Assembly (NCBI GenBank): GCA_002633005.1
Contig: NMRA01000308.1
Span: forward strand, 248,001-312,000
Source of the DNA: Phoronis australis
Taxonomy: Eukaryota > Animalia > Phoronida
Direction of reading: 5' to 3'
Length of the DNA stretch: 64,000 nt
The position numbers and the translations under genes are program-made. Positions 11,795 through 22,883 of this stretch are shown piece after piece. The notes under the pieces were generated by a model. The model saw only the letters and a program-made list of their open reading frames with translations, made no database searches and had not been told where the DNA came from. How positions within the stretch are numbered: the stretch's first letter is position 1; every line of letters starts with the position of its first letter.

Positions 11795-14700
11795 TTATTT
11801 TCGTCCAAAAATGTCGAAAACACATCCACACCCAGCAGTCCCCATAATACGTCTGTAGCCACGCGGACAAGCGCACGTGTCTTCTGCCATGTTCTCGTGT
11901 GTTTCCGGAATTCTTCTGCTCCCCGTCTCACTCACAGAAGACCTTCCGCGAGTTGGCAACACACAACTGAAACATTGGTAGAATATTAGTTACATCAACG
12001 ACAGCACGCTGTGCAATATGCGCTGGGCTTGAAACCGAACGTTAAAGAGGCTTGTTCCCGTTCCAAAATAGGTACTCAACTAAGTTCCCTAAATCTTTTG
12101 CATATTTGTTTCGTTCTATACTCAGAGGCGAAGTATTTTATCATTTTATCTTCATAATGAGTTCATTTTTGACTAATGACATTTTCTAATAATATAACTA
12201 AAAACTGAGCCCTGTCATCACAGGTCACTTAGACATTTACTTTGAAAAGCTTGATTTTGCGCATCGGTGAATTTCTGATTCGCCATATCAATCGATCAGT
12301 CTTTATCAAATTTTGTTTATTCATAAAAAAGTTTCATTTGTCACATTGAAAGGGCGCTGCGACCAAACCATGACTCTTCTAACTTTATTTGCTAGTTTTA
12401 TGAGCGTTTTAACACAAACGAGGCGGAAAAGTAGGAAGGGGGAAATTTACAATTACCTGCAAGTGTCGTGATTGAAGACCAAGCCTTCTTCACAGATTTT
12501 CACCTTCACACAAGTACACATGCACTTAGAACTGTCCCATCGTTGATGAGCGCCACACTCATAAGCTTCGTTGTGGTTTTTGCAGCGACACTTGCAGTCT
12601 GCCGCTATGTAGTCGTGCAGGCTGGAACAGTCTTGCGCTCGCGTCCGGCACGCGCATACGCACTGGGTGTGTTCGATGAGCGAGACTTCCACTTTGCGCG
12701 GTAGTTCGAATTTACCATTCTGGGAGTTATAGCGTGCCAGCATTACCTGTTGAAGGCAAAATATAAAAGTTTTATGACCTTTGAGCAAAATAGGTTGTAT
12801 AGCATTTAATGCGCTGGTGTGTCACATGTGTGTCAAAGTTTACGAAAAATTCATCATTCATTTTGTTCACAGAGGCACCACAATTGAGTAAAACTACACT
12901 TAAACAATGCCGTCAGCAGAAATCAACATTAGGAAGAAATACTTTATTAATAAAACACAAAAGCAAGACGATACCATATATTTTTAAAATAAAATTTCAC
13001 AGTTTCGTACTGTAAAGTACCTATTGGATAAAACAAATTGAAATTCTATATGAAATGAACCGGTTAAAAAGACTTTTATAGGGCGGCAAGAAATGGGTTG
13101 CAATGTACAAGAGGTGGTCCAATCACAAGTGTTGAAACAACACCATGGAGGAAGGACTGTTTGGGAACAAGGTTACGTTAAACTCTCTTGACCCCGCTTT
13201 TTACCACTCTTGATTGAAGACCAGAAGGAGAACTACACTTACTTGTCTCTTCACATAGCGGGATTGCGCTGGCACACATTCCAGCGAGTTACCACAGCAC
13301 CCACCGCACCTTTTGATGGGTGTGCAAAGGGGCCATGTTAGGACGTTGGGGTCTGTCGAGTTCTCTACTATCGAACAGTCCTGCAGTTTGGGCTTGCAGA
13401 CACCAGCTCCGGCGAGGACTTCACCAAAGTACTCTACAGGTGAAATCGTTGTTCGTACAGTAAAATCAATACCTTACAACGGTGGAGGGTTGATCACGTG
13501 GGTGAAATAACACCCAGTAATACCATGTCACTTGGTACTTGCCACTTATGACTGTCGTGGGCATACGATCGTGGTCAGAGGGGGTTTTACAATATTACAA
13601 ACGTGTCCGAGTAGGAATCCTTGCATGCATACCCCCTATAACCCTCTTGATCCACGAATGCATAAACCAATTTAAACTTGGCGCTTAGATTTTGAACCGC
13701 TTCCAACACTACAGTAGGCGGCACTGGTATGACGAGCAATTGGGTCAAAGCATAATTAATTACCCGTAGTTATAGTGGTCAATCTCAAGCATTTTAAGCT
13801 TTAAAACAGGGGCTTTCAAATGTCAAATTTCTAGTTAGTTTTACCTCGAGCGGCAGACGTTGGATTTCCTGAAAATGAGAAAATTACCCAATGAGAATTA
13901 TGCTCTTAATTGTATATTATATTGCTTATGTTACAATTATAAAACTTTATTAACTCATGGTGCTCTGTCGTGGTGCATTTAGTTATTCGGCCTTCAGCCT
14001 CGAAACAGTCGGCCGGAATAGAATGGTCACAAATACGTAATCCAAGAAGGGACTATTCGAGTGGGTCATTTGACGTCTTAAAAGGAACGCTTCACAAAGG
14101 GTAAATTAACAATTCGTTCTCGGCACTACAAAAGATGTTCTTATCAACACATAAACAGCTGAATAAGATGAGAAAACATCTTACCGTCTTCATCGAAATA
14201 TCCATCGGGTAGATGTGTCGCTGGAATGCAAATGAATTCAATCAAACTTTGTTGTCATAAATTGGAAAGCAATTTAAAATTCTATATGCAAATTAGGTAA
14301 ATCACATCTCAACTTTCATCTAAGTTCAACTTCGGACAAATTTACTAATGACAACTTACAGTTATTTGGGTCAGCGCCTCTTCGAATAAAGTTTTCTATG
14401 AATTCTTCGTTGGACCCTTCAAATTCACTTAGTTGTTTGAACACGGATATGGGAATCTGAAATTTAACATTAGCGAAATATCATTTTAAGCTTTGTAATC
14501 TTGATATAGTTAAACATTGTCTTAACAATAGCAAAATGCCCATGATTGCCAACCGCCCCGCTTTTAGAAGATTCGAGCTACGTCCCGCAACAATATCGCA
14601 ATGTCTTGCTTGGTATGCGTGATGATATTTTGCATACTCACGCCGTTGTGTTAACGTCCGACTCGACGACTTCACGCATAGTCGTACGTATACTTATGGG

Positions 14701-16516
14701 GTTATGCTATTTCTACTGTTTGCACACTCCATTCGACAACCAAGGCGCACAAATAGGCAACAAAGGAAGCTCCACCATGCTGGTGTCGGGGATTACGGGG
14801 ACATTCATTCTAAACATGTTGACATCTATGTTTTCTTAACATGCTTTTTCAAGATTCACCAAAAGAAAATGAAACCCAAGTGGCTTCAAAAGCTCAAATT
14901 AATTTAACAGTCAAACGTCCCAACTCACACCTGACAGACCAAGTGTGCGGTAACAATCATCAAAAGTCATTGTCAACTGTATCACAACTTCTAAAGGAAG
15001 TGCAAGGTTTAACCATTTTATGAAAAGGCGAAGTTGGTATTAGGTCAAGATATCCCAACCATCAGTCTTCTCCAATGTAGCTTTACTAGGTCGTCGCAAT
15101 GATTAATTTTTCATAAACACCGGCACTGGTTTATCAGTTATAAACACTTGGGAACGTCAATCATAGCCAGCAAAAAAAAAAATTGTACAACAATTTCCCA
15201 TGCCTAAGCTTTCGATCCGAAGTGCAGACCTGCTTGCAAGCCCACGTGCAGACCTGCTTGCAAGCCTGCAATTCTGGCATGGTTCCATCAGCGTTGTACG
15301 TAAATAACGTTCATTGAGAACTGAGGTTGACCTGAGACTTTGCTAGAGTTAACGCGAGGAAAGACTCGAGCCACAAAACGGTCAACATTTGAGTTTAACT
15401 AATTTACAACAGGGTGGATTTTGTAAAGTTTTCCAGTTAAATTCAAATTGTCTAGTGCACGTAACGGAAATGAGAAAAATACTTAGTGTGCGAACTTTTA
15501 CATAAAGTAATTGCGCAAATATATGTGCGTGTCCCTATAAATTGCTAATCAAAAAATTTTACTAAAAATGAATCCAACAGCATCCGATTAGGTTATTTTG
15601 AACACAAATCAACAAGCGTTTTCAACGATTGCAGATCAGAAACTTTCCTAATATGTGATTGAAAATTTGAAAGTAAAAAAGCGAAAATTTATACTGATGC
15701 GTCACCATTTTGTCACTGCAGGATTTTTCTTCAGGAAGGTAACAGTAAAATCCGAAAGGGGCAACAGCCGAGCATGCGCATTGCAACAGTTAATTGCGGT
15801 TTTGACAAAAGATTTGAGATTGATTGAACTTTACTTTCCCGCCATATCACGTGGTACCATTAAGCGTAAACTTTTTCCCGCAATTTCCATCATATCTATC
15901 CAAGAGATGTTTTGGATTCTTTTTAATCATTTTAGCTGAAAATGAAATGTTTGTCATTGCAAATCATGTAATTTTTGAAAATGGATTATCATAAAAACAA
16001 CTTTGTGACTATTTCACTCAAAGCTGATTCAGGTACTTGCTACTTAATGAGATGAAAGTTTTGTTCAGCCAAAAGTTTGTCCCACTGTCACAAAATAGAT
16101 TTTGTGGCACTGACCGTAATACTGTTTAACAAGGTCCCTTTTATCCACCTGATCATTGAGTGATGCTAAAATACAAGCAAAAATTGTGACCTATAACTTT
16201 AAGCACCCGACCCACAACGCCGTGGTGAATCACAACATAATATCCATGTACTTGTTTTGTCAAGAACATAAAGATAAATTTAGGCATTTATTTCATAACT
16301 ACAACAAAAGTTTATTGCTGCAGATTGTTACTTTAATATTTTCATTAAAAGAAAAAAAAAAAAAAAACACACACACACAAACAGGGAGAACGTAACACCA
16401 CCTGTCTTTACTGGAGTTGTGCATAAAATAAAAATTTACATAGGCCTTACCTGTGCAAAACAGCCCGACAATAGTGCCAGACACCAAATAGCCAGCACGT
16501 GACCTGCTCCAACCAT
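11795..16516 (-). CDS. PDGF/VEGF-related growth factor, paralogue A (VEGF-C/D-like Cys-rich tail), 291 aa, 7 exons
   Basis: GT-AG exons in consistent phase: 16451-16516 (MVGAGHVLAIWCLALLSGCFAQ, signal-peptide-like, ACCATGG context), 14360-14456, 14185-14220, 13845-13868, 13243-13433 (CKPKLQDC...WPLCTPIKRCGGCCGNSLECVP, PDGF/VEGF cystine knot), 12457-12746 (EHTQCVC plus CxCxC repeats), 11795-11966 (ends GCGCVFDIFGRK*). Total 876 nt, open. Confidence 0.92.
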
Positions 16517-16580
16517 GGTGCTCTTCGGTAGTGCAGACGCAATGTGTTGCTTAGATTTCTTGGGAGTTGAACTCCACCTG

Positions 16581-16589
16581 TTTTATATA
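16581..16589 (-). promoter_or_regulatory. TATA box of PVF paralogue A
   Basis: Minus strand TATATAAAA about 65 nt upstream of the ATG at 16516, consistent with a short 5' UTR. Confidence 0.6.
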
Positions 16590-17568
16590 GTGTCGTGCAC
16601 CGTCGATGAGCGAAGTGGCTTCATAAGTCGGTTAAGTATGTTTTGTCAGAACTAGCAGGCGGGATATCCACCAGGACGATAACTGTGACGAGTACGATGA
16701 CCTTTCGGTGGCGGGTTAATCACTTTAAGTTCGTCAGATCTGAGGGCGTGTTCCGCTCGGGCAGGACAAGGAGATAGTCTGTGAAATCACTTCAAAGTTT
16801 AATAGGAAACGCAAGGTTAATATTTTGCGCTCAAATGTCCCGGCAGTAGTAAGGTTTACAATGACACTGTGTTTCTATGGCAGCCAGACGTCTTGTAAGC
16901 GGCCCAAAACTCCACGTGCATTGTGTTTACCATGACTGATTTCCTCTCGATTATAATAGTATTCATTGCTATCATTGATATATTTAAGGAAACCTGTCAT
17001 AATATGTTTCGTAGTCGTCATAGTCATTATAAGTGTCGTCATCACACATTGAGAACAACATGGAACAAGAACATGGCTTTACATAGCACACAAGTTAATG
17101 AATAAAACTGACGACGAAAACAACATCTACAACAACAACTTGGAAGAACCATCGTTCAATCCGCTGAGTGTTTACATTTTTGCCACAAACGTATTGGCCA
17201 GACACTTAAGAAAACCCCAATACTTTTGATTTTGACGCATATTGCCTGAGTTGACTCGGTTCAAATGTGTTTGGTTTCGAAGAATGCCCTGAGAAGGAAG
17301 AATTGTGAAATCTATGACGATGGGCTGGGTGGCGAAAGTGGTTGCCATAAGGAGGGAAGAGTTTTATGACGGTGAAAATGTTTTGGCCTCAGTATTTGGT
17401 ACCACACACGAGCAGACAGACGAGACTAACCACCGACTACAGTGCTGTAGCATAACGGTGTCTCCATACTCATGCTTGTCCAAACCGATGTTTTTACGAG
17501 TTTCAAGCACGCTCAGTTTTGCAGAATGAAAACGATTTGAATATGCTTTTTTGTATTTGAGGATATCT

Positions 17569-17675
17569 TTGCAGGTGAACAGGGCGTTAAAAGTGTTGCA
17601 GGTGAACAGGGCGTTAAAAGTGTTGCAGGTGAACAGGGCGTTAAAAGTGTTGCAGGTGAACAAGGCGTTAAAAGT
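17569..17675. repeat. Minisatellite, 4 x 27 bp
   Basis: Unit TTGCAGGTGAACAGGGCGTTAAAAGTG. Confidence 0.9.
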
Positions 17676-19896
17676 ACATTTAAAGGAACATTATCGGACA
17701 CTTGTTGAATGCAAAAACCATTTTGAAGTTATCGGCTTTGACCAGTTAAGTGATTTTCTTACAAATTACCAATTCTCACCGACGTCTGCCAAACATTCGC
17801 TGAAATCAAGGCAGGTTATTTTACCAGTTAAAATACTTTGTTGTTTATGTCATTTATTGTGTGTGATTTGACTCATCAGCAGAGCGTTTGGCTGCGACTG
17901 CATTGGAACTCAGTGATTTCAGAAAATCAAATTTCTCTCCGATAATGTCACAGGTACTTTTTCCGCTTCATTTTAATCAAAATTTCATAAAACAGATTTT
18001 AAATCAAGTTAGTTCAGTCGAAAGTTAAACCCAAATAATGCTAACTCAACACAACTCCAAATATTTTCAAACTTACCTGAATGCCGCCCTAGGTAATGAG
18101 GTTTCCTCGGAAACCCCGCCTACTTTTAAACATAGTAAAACAAATTCAAACGTTGCTGAAAGTTACAAAATGTTTATATTTTAGCGATTCCTTTAGACTG
18201 ACGAAACTCATCCTATGTTCCAAATTGGAGAATGCGAAGGAATAATTTATAAGAAGGCCACTAGAAATTCAAAAATTAAAGCCGTTCGTACTCATTGTGG
18301 GGTTTCGCTGACACCAAGCAAATGAAGTTATTTCAACAGTTGAGGTTAGGCTAAATTTCATTATTATTTGAGTTTTAATTAATATATGTGATCAATGAAT
18401 ACCGGATTAAACATCTTCACATTGTATGGGCATCGTAATTTAAGAACTTTGATAAACAATCTAATTGGTTAAGTGATTTATTGTGATATCAACTACTGTC
18501 TGTTATAGCAGGAAGTTACTAACACTAAATCGTGCCATTGCGGTTTCTTCAAATATACTCATCATTTGCTTTCGAACAGTAATGAATATTAAATTGTCGT
18601 TAGTAAACACTCAAATATTCGGAAGATCATTGTGAAATCCCTTTATGAAAAAAGTGTGTATGACTTCGTACAACGGGTGACAATCACCTATTGTTTCAAA
18701 AAGTTCAGTATGACAATTTAATTTCGTTAATAGATTATCATATCAAAAGCGAGCTACGTTTTCGAGACAATCGAGGGCTTGGTCTCACAATGTGCAACAA
18801 AATTAGCCGCTGTAATTTCCATCCACAACATCATTTCGCCAACACAACAAACTGTTATTCTTTACTAAGTACTGCCTGAGGGAAACTGTTTGTTTCGCGC
18901 GATAGGCTACCATGACGTCGCGCATCTAAAAATGTCGCGAATAACATGTCCCAATCTTGATATCATTAGTAAATTTTGATTAGTTAAAAATAAATAGTTA
19001 AAAAGCTGGTAAATCTTTCTTAACATCTTTGATAATAGACATTGAATTGTTTGGAATAGACACTAAACAAGATTTTATGAGTTTTCACAAAGTTTTGAAC
19101 TTTTTTAACAAACGCGTCGTGAAAACAAACTTTCACAAAAGTAGGCGCTGTTTCGACCATTTCCTTTCTGAGGACACCAACTATTGTTAGAGATTGACGC
19201 AAGGACATGCGGCTTTGGAGATTTTTTGTAGCCTGATCAAAGTTCATGATTCTTTTCGATGTTTCATACACAAAAATTCGTTTATAATAATAATTTTAAT
19301 TTTATTAGTAAAAAATTGGTCACACCAATTTTACTGAACGATTCTTGATAAATTATTATTGTTGTTACATGGCAAATTGTGTTTCTAATGATATAATGTA
19401 TGTTGTTAATTTCACACCCCTAACTGCGTAGCGTTCAATGACTGCTTTAGCGTCTTTTGCTTCCGTCGCAAACTTTATTTATTTTAGTTTGATGTTGGCA
19501 GTTTTACTTTGAACTCGTCTTTCTAGTCGCTTTTCATGTCCGTATAAATTCTCCAGAATGTCAATGACACGGTACCTACAGTCAATTATGTATTGGTATA
19601 CCTGTACACACATGGTCACCGGCCTAATAGTACATAACACACGAATGTATTTCCAGATGATTTCTATAATGTAGAATGATTTTCAAGGACAGACTCGTGC
19701 GCACACCTCAGGAACTTCAAGCATTAAGGTAAGTACAATGGAATAAGCATTTGTCAAAGATCGTCATATAAACGGATCATGTCTTCTCTATCAAAATAAT
19801 ACATTATTTTTAAAAAAATGGACAAATTCTTAGTTAGAGATCAACAGACCATCTACCACATTTGAGCATCGAAGTTTTGTTACATTTCTTCTGAGT

Positions 19897-21912
19897 TCAA
19901 CACACTTTAAAAACCTCCAAATAAATATTCAGCCACCGATTTCTAAATTCATATGTAAGTCATTAAGTAGCCCTAGTTTGTTGGTTTTCGACACAGAACT
20001 CCCCCATTTCCGCTTATTAAGTTAGACAATTCTGCTTTATTTGTCAACGACGTTTCATCGATCAGAATCTTACTGTCTGTGCAATTTGTTTACCGATAAT
20101 AAATTTTCACTTTTTGGCAGGTTGGTGAAACTCGTCAATTAATTTTCGTAAGTCAAGCAGTGTACAGTGTAAATCTTACGTATTTGTTGTGACGATATTG
20201 ATATAACTACGTGTCCATCTTTGATTTACATTCGTCTCCAAAGTGATAATAAGATCTCTATGGTTTAGGAAAGTTGAATAGGAGATTTTTCATATTGGCG
20301 CTCTTTAGAGTAAGAGGACACGAAAGTGACTTCCGATTGAACCCGATTCAGACTTGGTGGACAGAAATTCAATTACTGTATAGTGGTTCATTAATTTAAA
20401 TGCAGAAAATAAAATTCCACAGTCAGTCCCTCCCATTGTTAGATTAGTTTAACTTCATCAATTATTTTAACTTTCTGACACCTACTGGGATCGAAATTCT
20501 CACGCTGTATCATCCGCAGCCACTGTCGGTGGATATTTCTTCGCAGTTGGGCATGTATGGGACACGATCTCCCTGTTCATTCAGTGTTGTTCTAGTTCAA
20601 AAGGTTTGCTTTTTCCGTAAGGCATTAGTACATCTCACCGCACAGCAATGGAAAGTTGCCAGCATGAAAGGCGTTAAAACGCCGTTTACACCAGTAGGTG
20701 ACGCTGAACGCCTGTCCAAAGACCTGATCACCGTCTGACGGGTTAGAATTTCAATAATGCGCGGCACGGCAAGTTACCTGTTTATATAAACATAAACTTG
20801 CTAGTATACCCTGGGCAGATGATTTCCCAGTGAACACTTTTATGGTGAAGGAACGTAAAACACACAAAATTCAACTAAGATGAGTTGTCGGATTGTTTGA
20901 GNGAGATCAACACACTTTAAAAACCTCCAAATAAATATTCAGCCACCGATTTCTAAATTCATATGTAAGTCATAAGTAGCCCTAGTTTGTTGGTTTTCGA
21001 CACAGAACTCCCCCATTTCCGCTTATTAAGTTCGACAATTCTGCTTTATTTGTCAACGACGTTTCATCGATCAGAATCTTACTATCTGTGGAATTTATTT
21101 ACCGATAATAACTTTTCACTTTTTGGCAGGTTGGTAATAAACTCGTCAATTAATTTTCGTAAGTCAAGCAGTGTACAGTGTAAATCTTACGTATTTGTTG
21201 TGACGATATTGATATAACTACGTGTCCATCTTTGATTTACTTTCGTCTCCAAAGTGATAATAAGATCTCTATGGTTTAGGAAAGTTGAATAGGGGATTTT
21301 TCATATTGGCGCTCTTTAGAGTAAGAGGACACGAAAGTGACTTCCGATTGAACCCGATTCAGACTTGGTGGACAGAAATTCAATTACTGTATAGTGGTTC
21401 ATTAATTTAAATGCAGAAAATAAAATTCCACAGTCAGTCCCTCCCATTGTTAGATTAGTTTAACTTCATCAATTATTTTAACTTTTTGACACCTACTGGG
21501 ATCGAAATTCTCACGCTGTATCATCCGCAGCCACTGTCGGTGGATATTTCTTCGCAGTTGGGCATGTATGGGACACGATCTCCCTGTTCATTCAGTGTTG
21601 TTCTAGTTCAAAAGGTTTGCTTTTTCCGTAAGGCATTAGTACATCTCACCGCACAGCAATGGAAAGTTGCCAGCATGAAAGGCGTTAAAACGCCGTTTAC
21701 ACCAGTAGGTGACGCTGAACGCCTGTCCAAAGACCTGATCACCGTCTGACGGGTTAGAATTTCAATAATGCGCGGCACGGCAAGTTACCTGTTTATATAA
21801 ACATAAACTTGCTAGTATACCCTGGGCAGATGATTTCCCAGTGAACACTTTTATGGTGAAGGAACGTAAAACACACAAAATTCAACTAAGATGAGTTGTC
21901 GGATTGTTTGAG
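19897..21912. repeat. Near-identical ~1-kb direct duplication joined by a single N (probable haplotype-overlap artefact)
   Basis: 19897-20901 matches 20907-21912 apart from scattered SNPs and small indels; N at 20902. Confidence 0.85.
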
Positions 21913-22883
21913 TATTGATGTCAAATACACATTCACGGGCGGCGCACCGACCATAGGGTCGGGGGGCGGGCTATAGCCCCTACTTTGTTCAGTGCTGTGC
22001 TACCCGTGTCATTGTAATTTTCTCACGAAAGAAGAGAGATCACGGTACCACTCACAAAATCATGAGGGACAAAAGGGATTGTTCGAGACTTAGTATCGTA
22101 AGCTACCAAGACCGAGGCCACTGAACTTACTGATTGATCATTGAGGTTGGAATAATGAGTAATTGGAGAGCATTTATAAACTGCGAGATCGAATTCACTG
22201 TTTCCGTTCCATAAGCAAAGATTTCTCGCCGCAGGTATAAGCTAATATTTCGGTTCTATGGATCGCAGCCCCGCGTTTAGTCCTAGTCTGTATAACTGGT
22301 TCAGAGTTTAATCACCACATAACTTTTCCAAGAGTGACATTCTTTGTTCATTGGCTTAATAGGGATTATAGAATGTTTAAGAAAAAGAAGCGTTCGGCCT
22401 TCAATGTCCAGTTGAATGAAAACTTTTCAATTCTACACGTTGTCTTTTCAGTGGACACTCGATATTTTGCATATGACAAAGCGGACTCTGTTCTGTCCGA
22501 AAACTGAGAACCAGTCCATTAAACGCTCAAATCATTCAAAAACGAAATGCCAGCTTCGATACATACATGTATTTATATTAATTGGTCAATTCAACATCTT
22601 CACTGACAATCATAGAGAAAGTGTAGATGAACTCAATATCAGTAAAAGCTAACCTGTTCTTTAGACACTTGCCATTTGGAATCGATAGCAACAAAGATAT
22701 TACACATTAGGACGACATCTCTCATGTTACACGGACGTCCACATCTATGAGTTCTACCACACGACACCTCTTCTGTAGGCAGGCCGCGACAGATTCAATC
22801 AGCAACAAACAATCAACAAAATATGCGAAAAAACGTTGTGCAATAACAACGACGCATTAAGAATGAAACAGTTGATTTCTCAA

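Noticed and set aside
17364-17871. ORFs with 9-aa repeats
   Set aside because: Translation of the 27-bp minisatellite in several frames.
20529-21749. Duplicated ORF MDISSQLGMYG…
   Set aside because: Lies in the N-joined duplication; no recognisable protein features.
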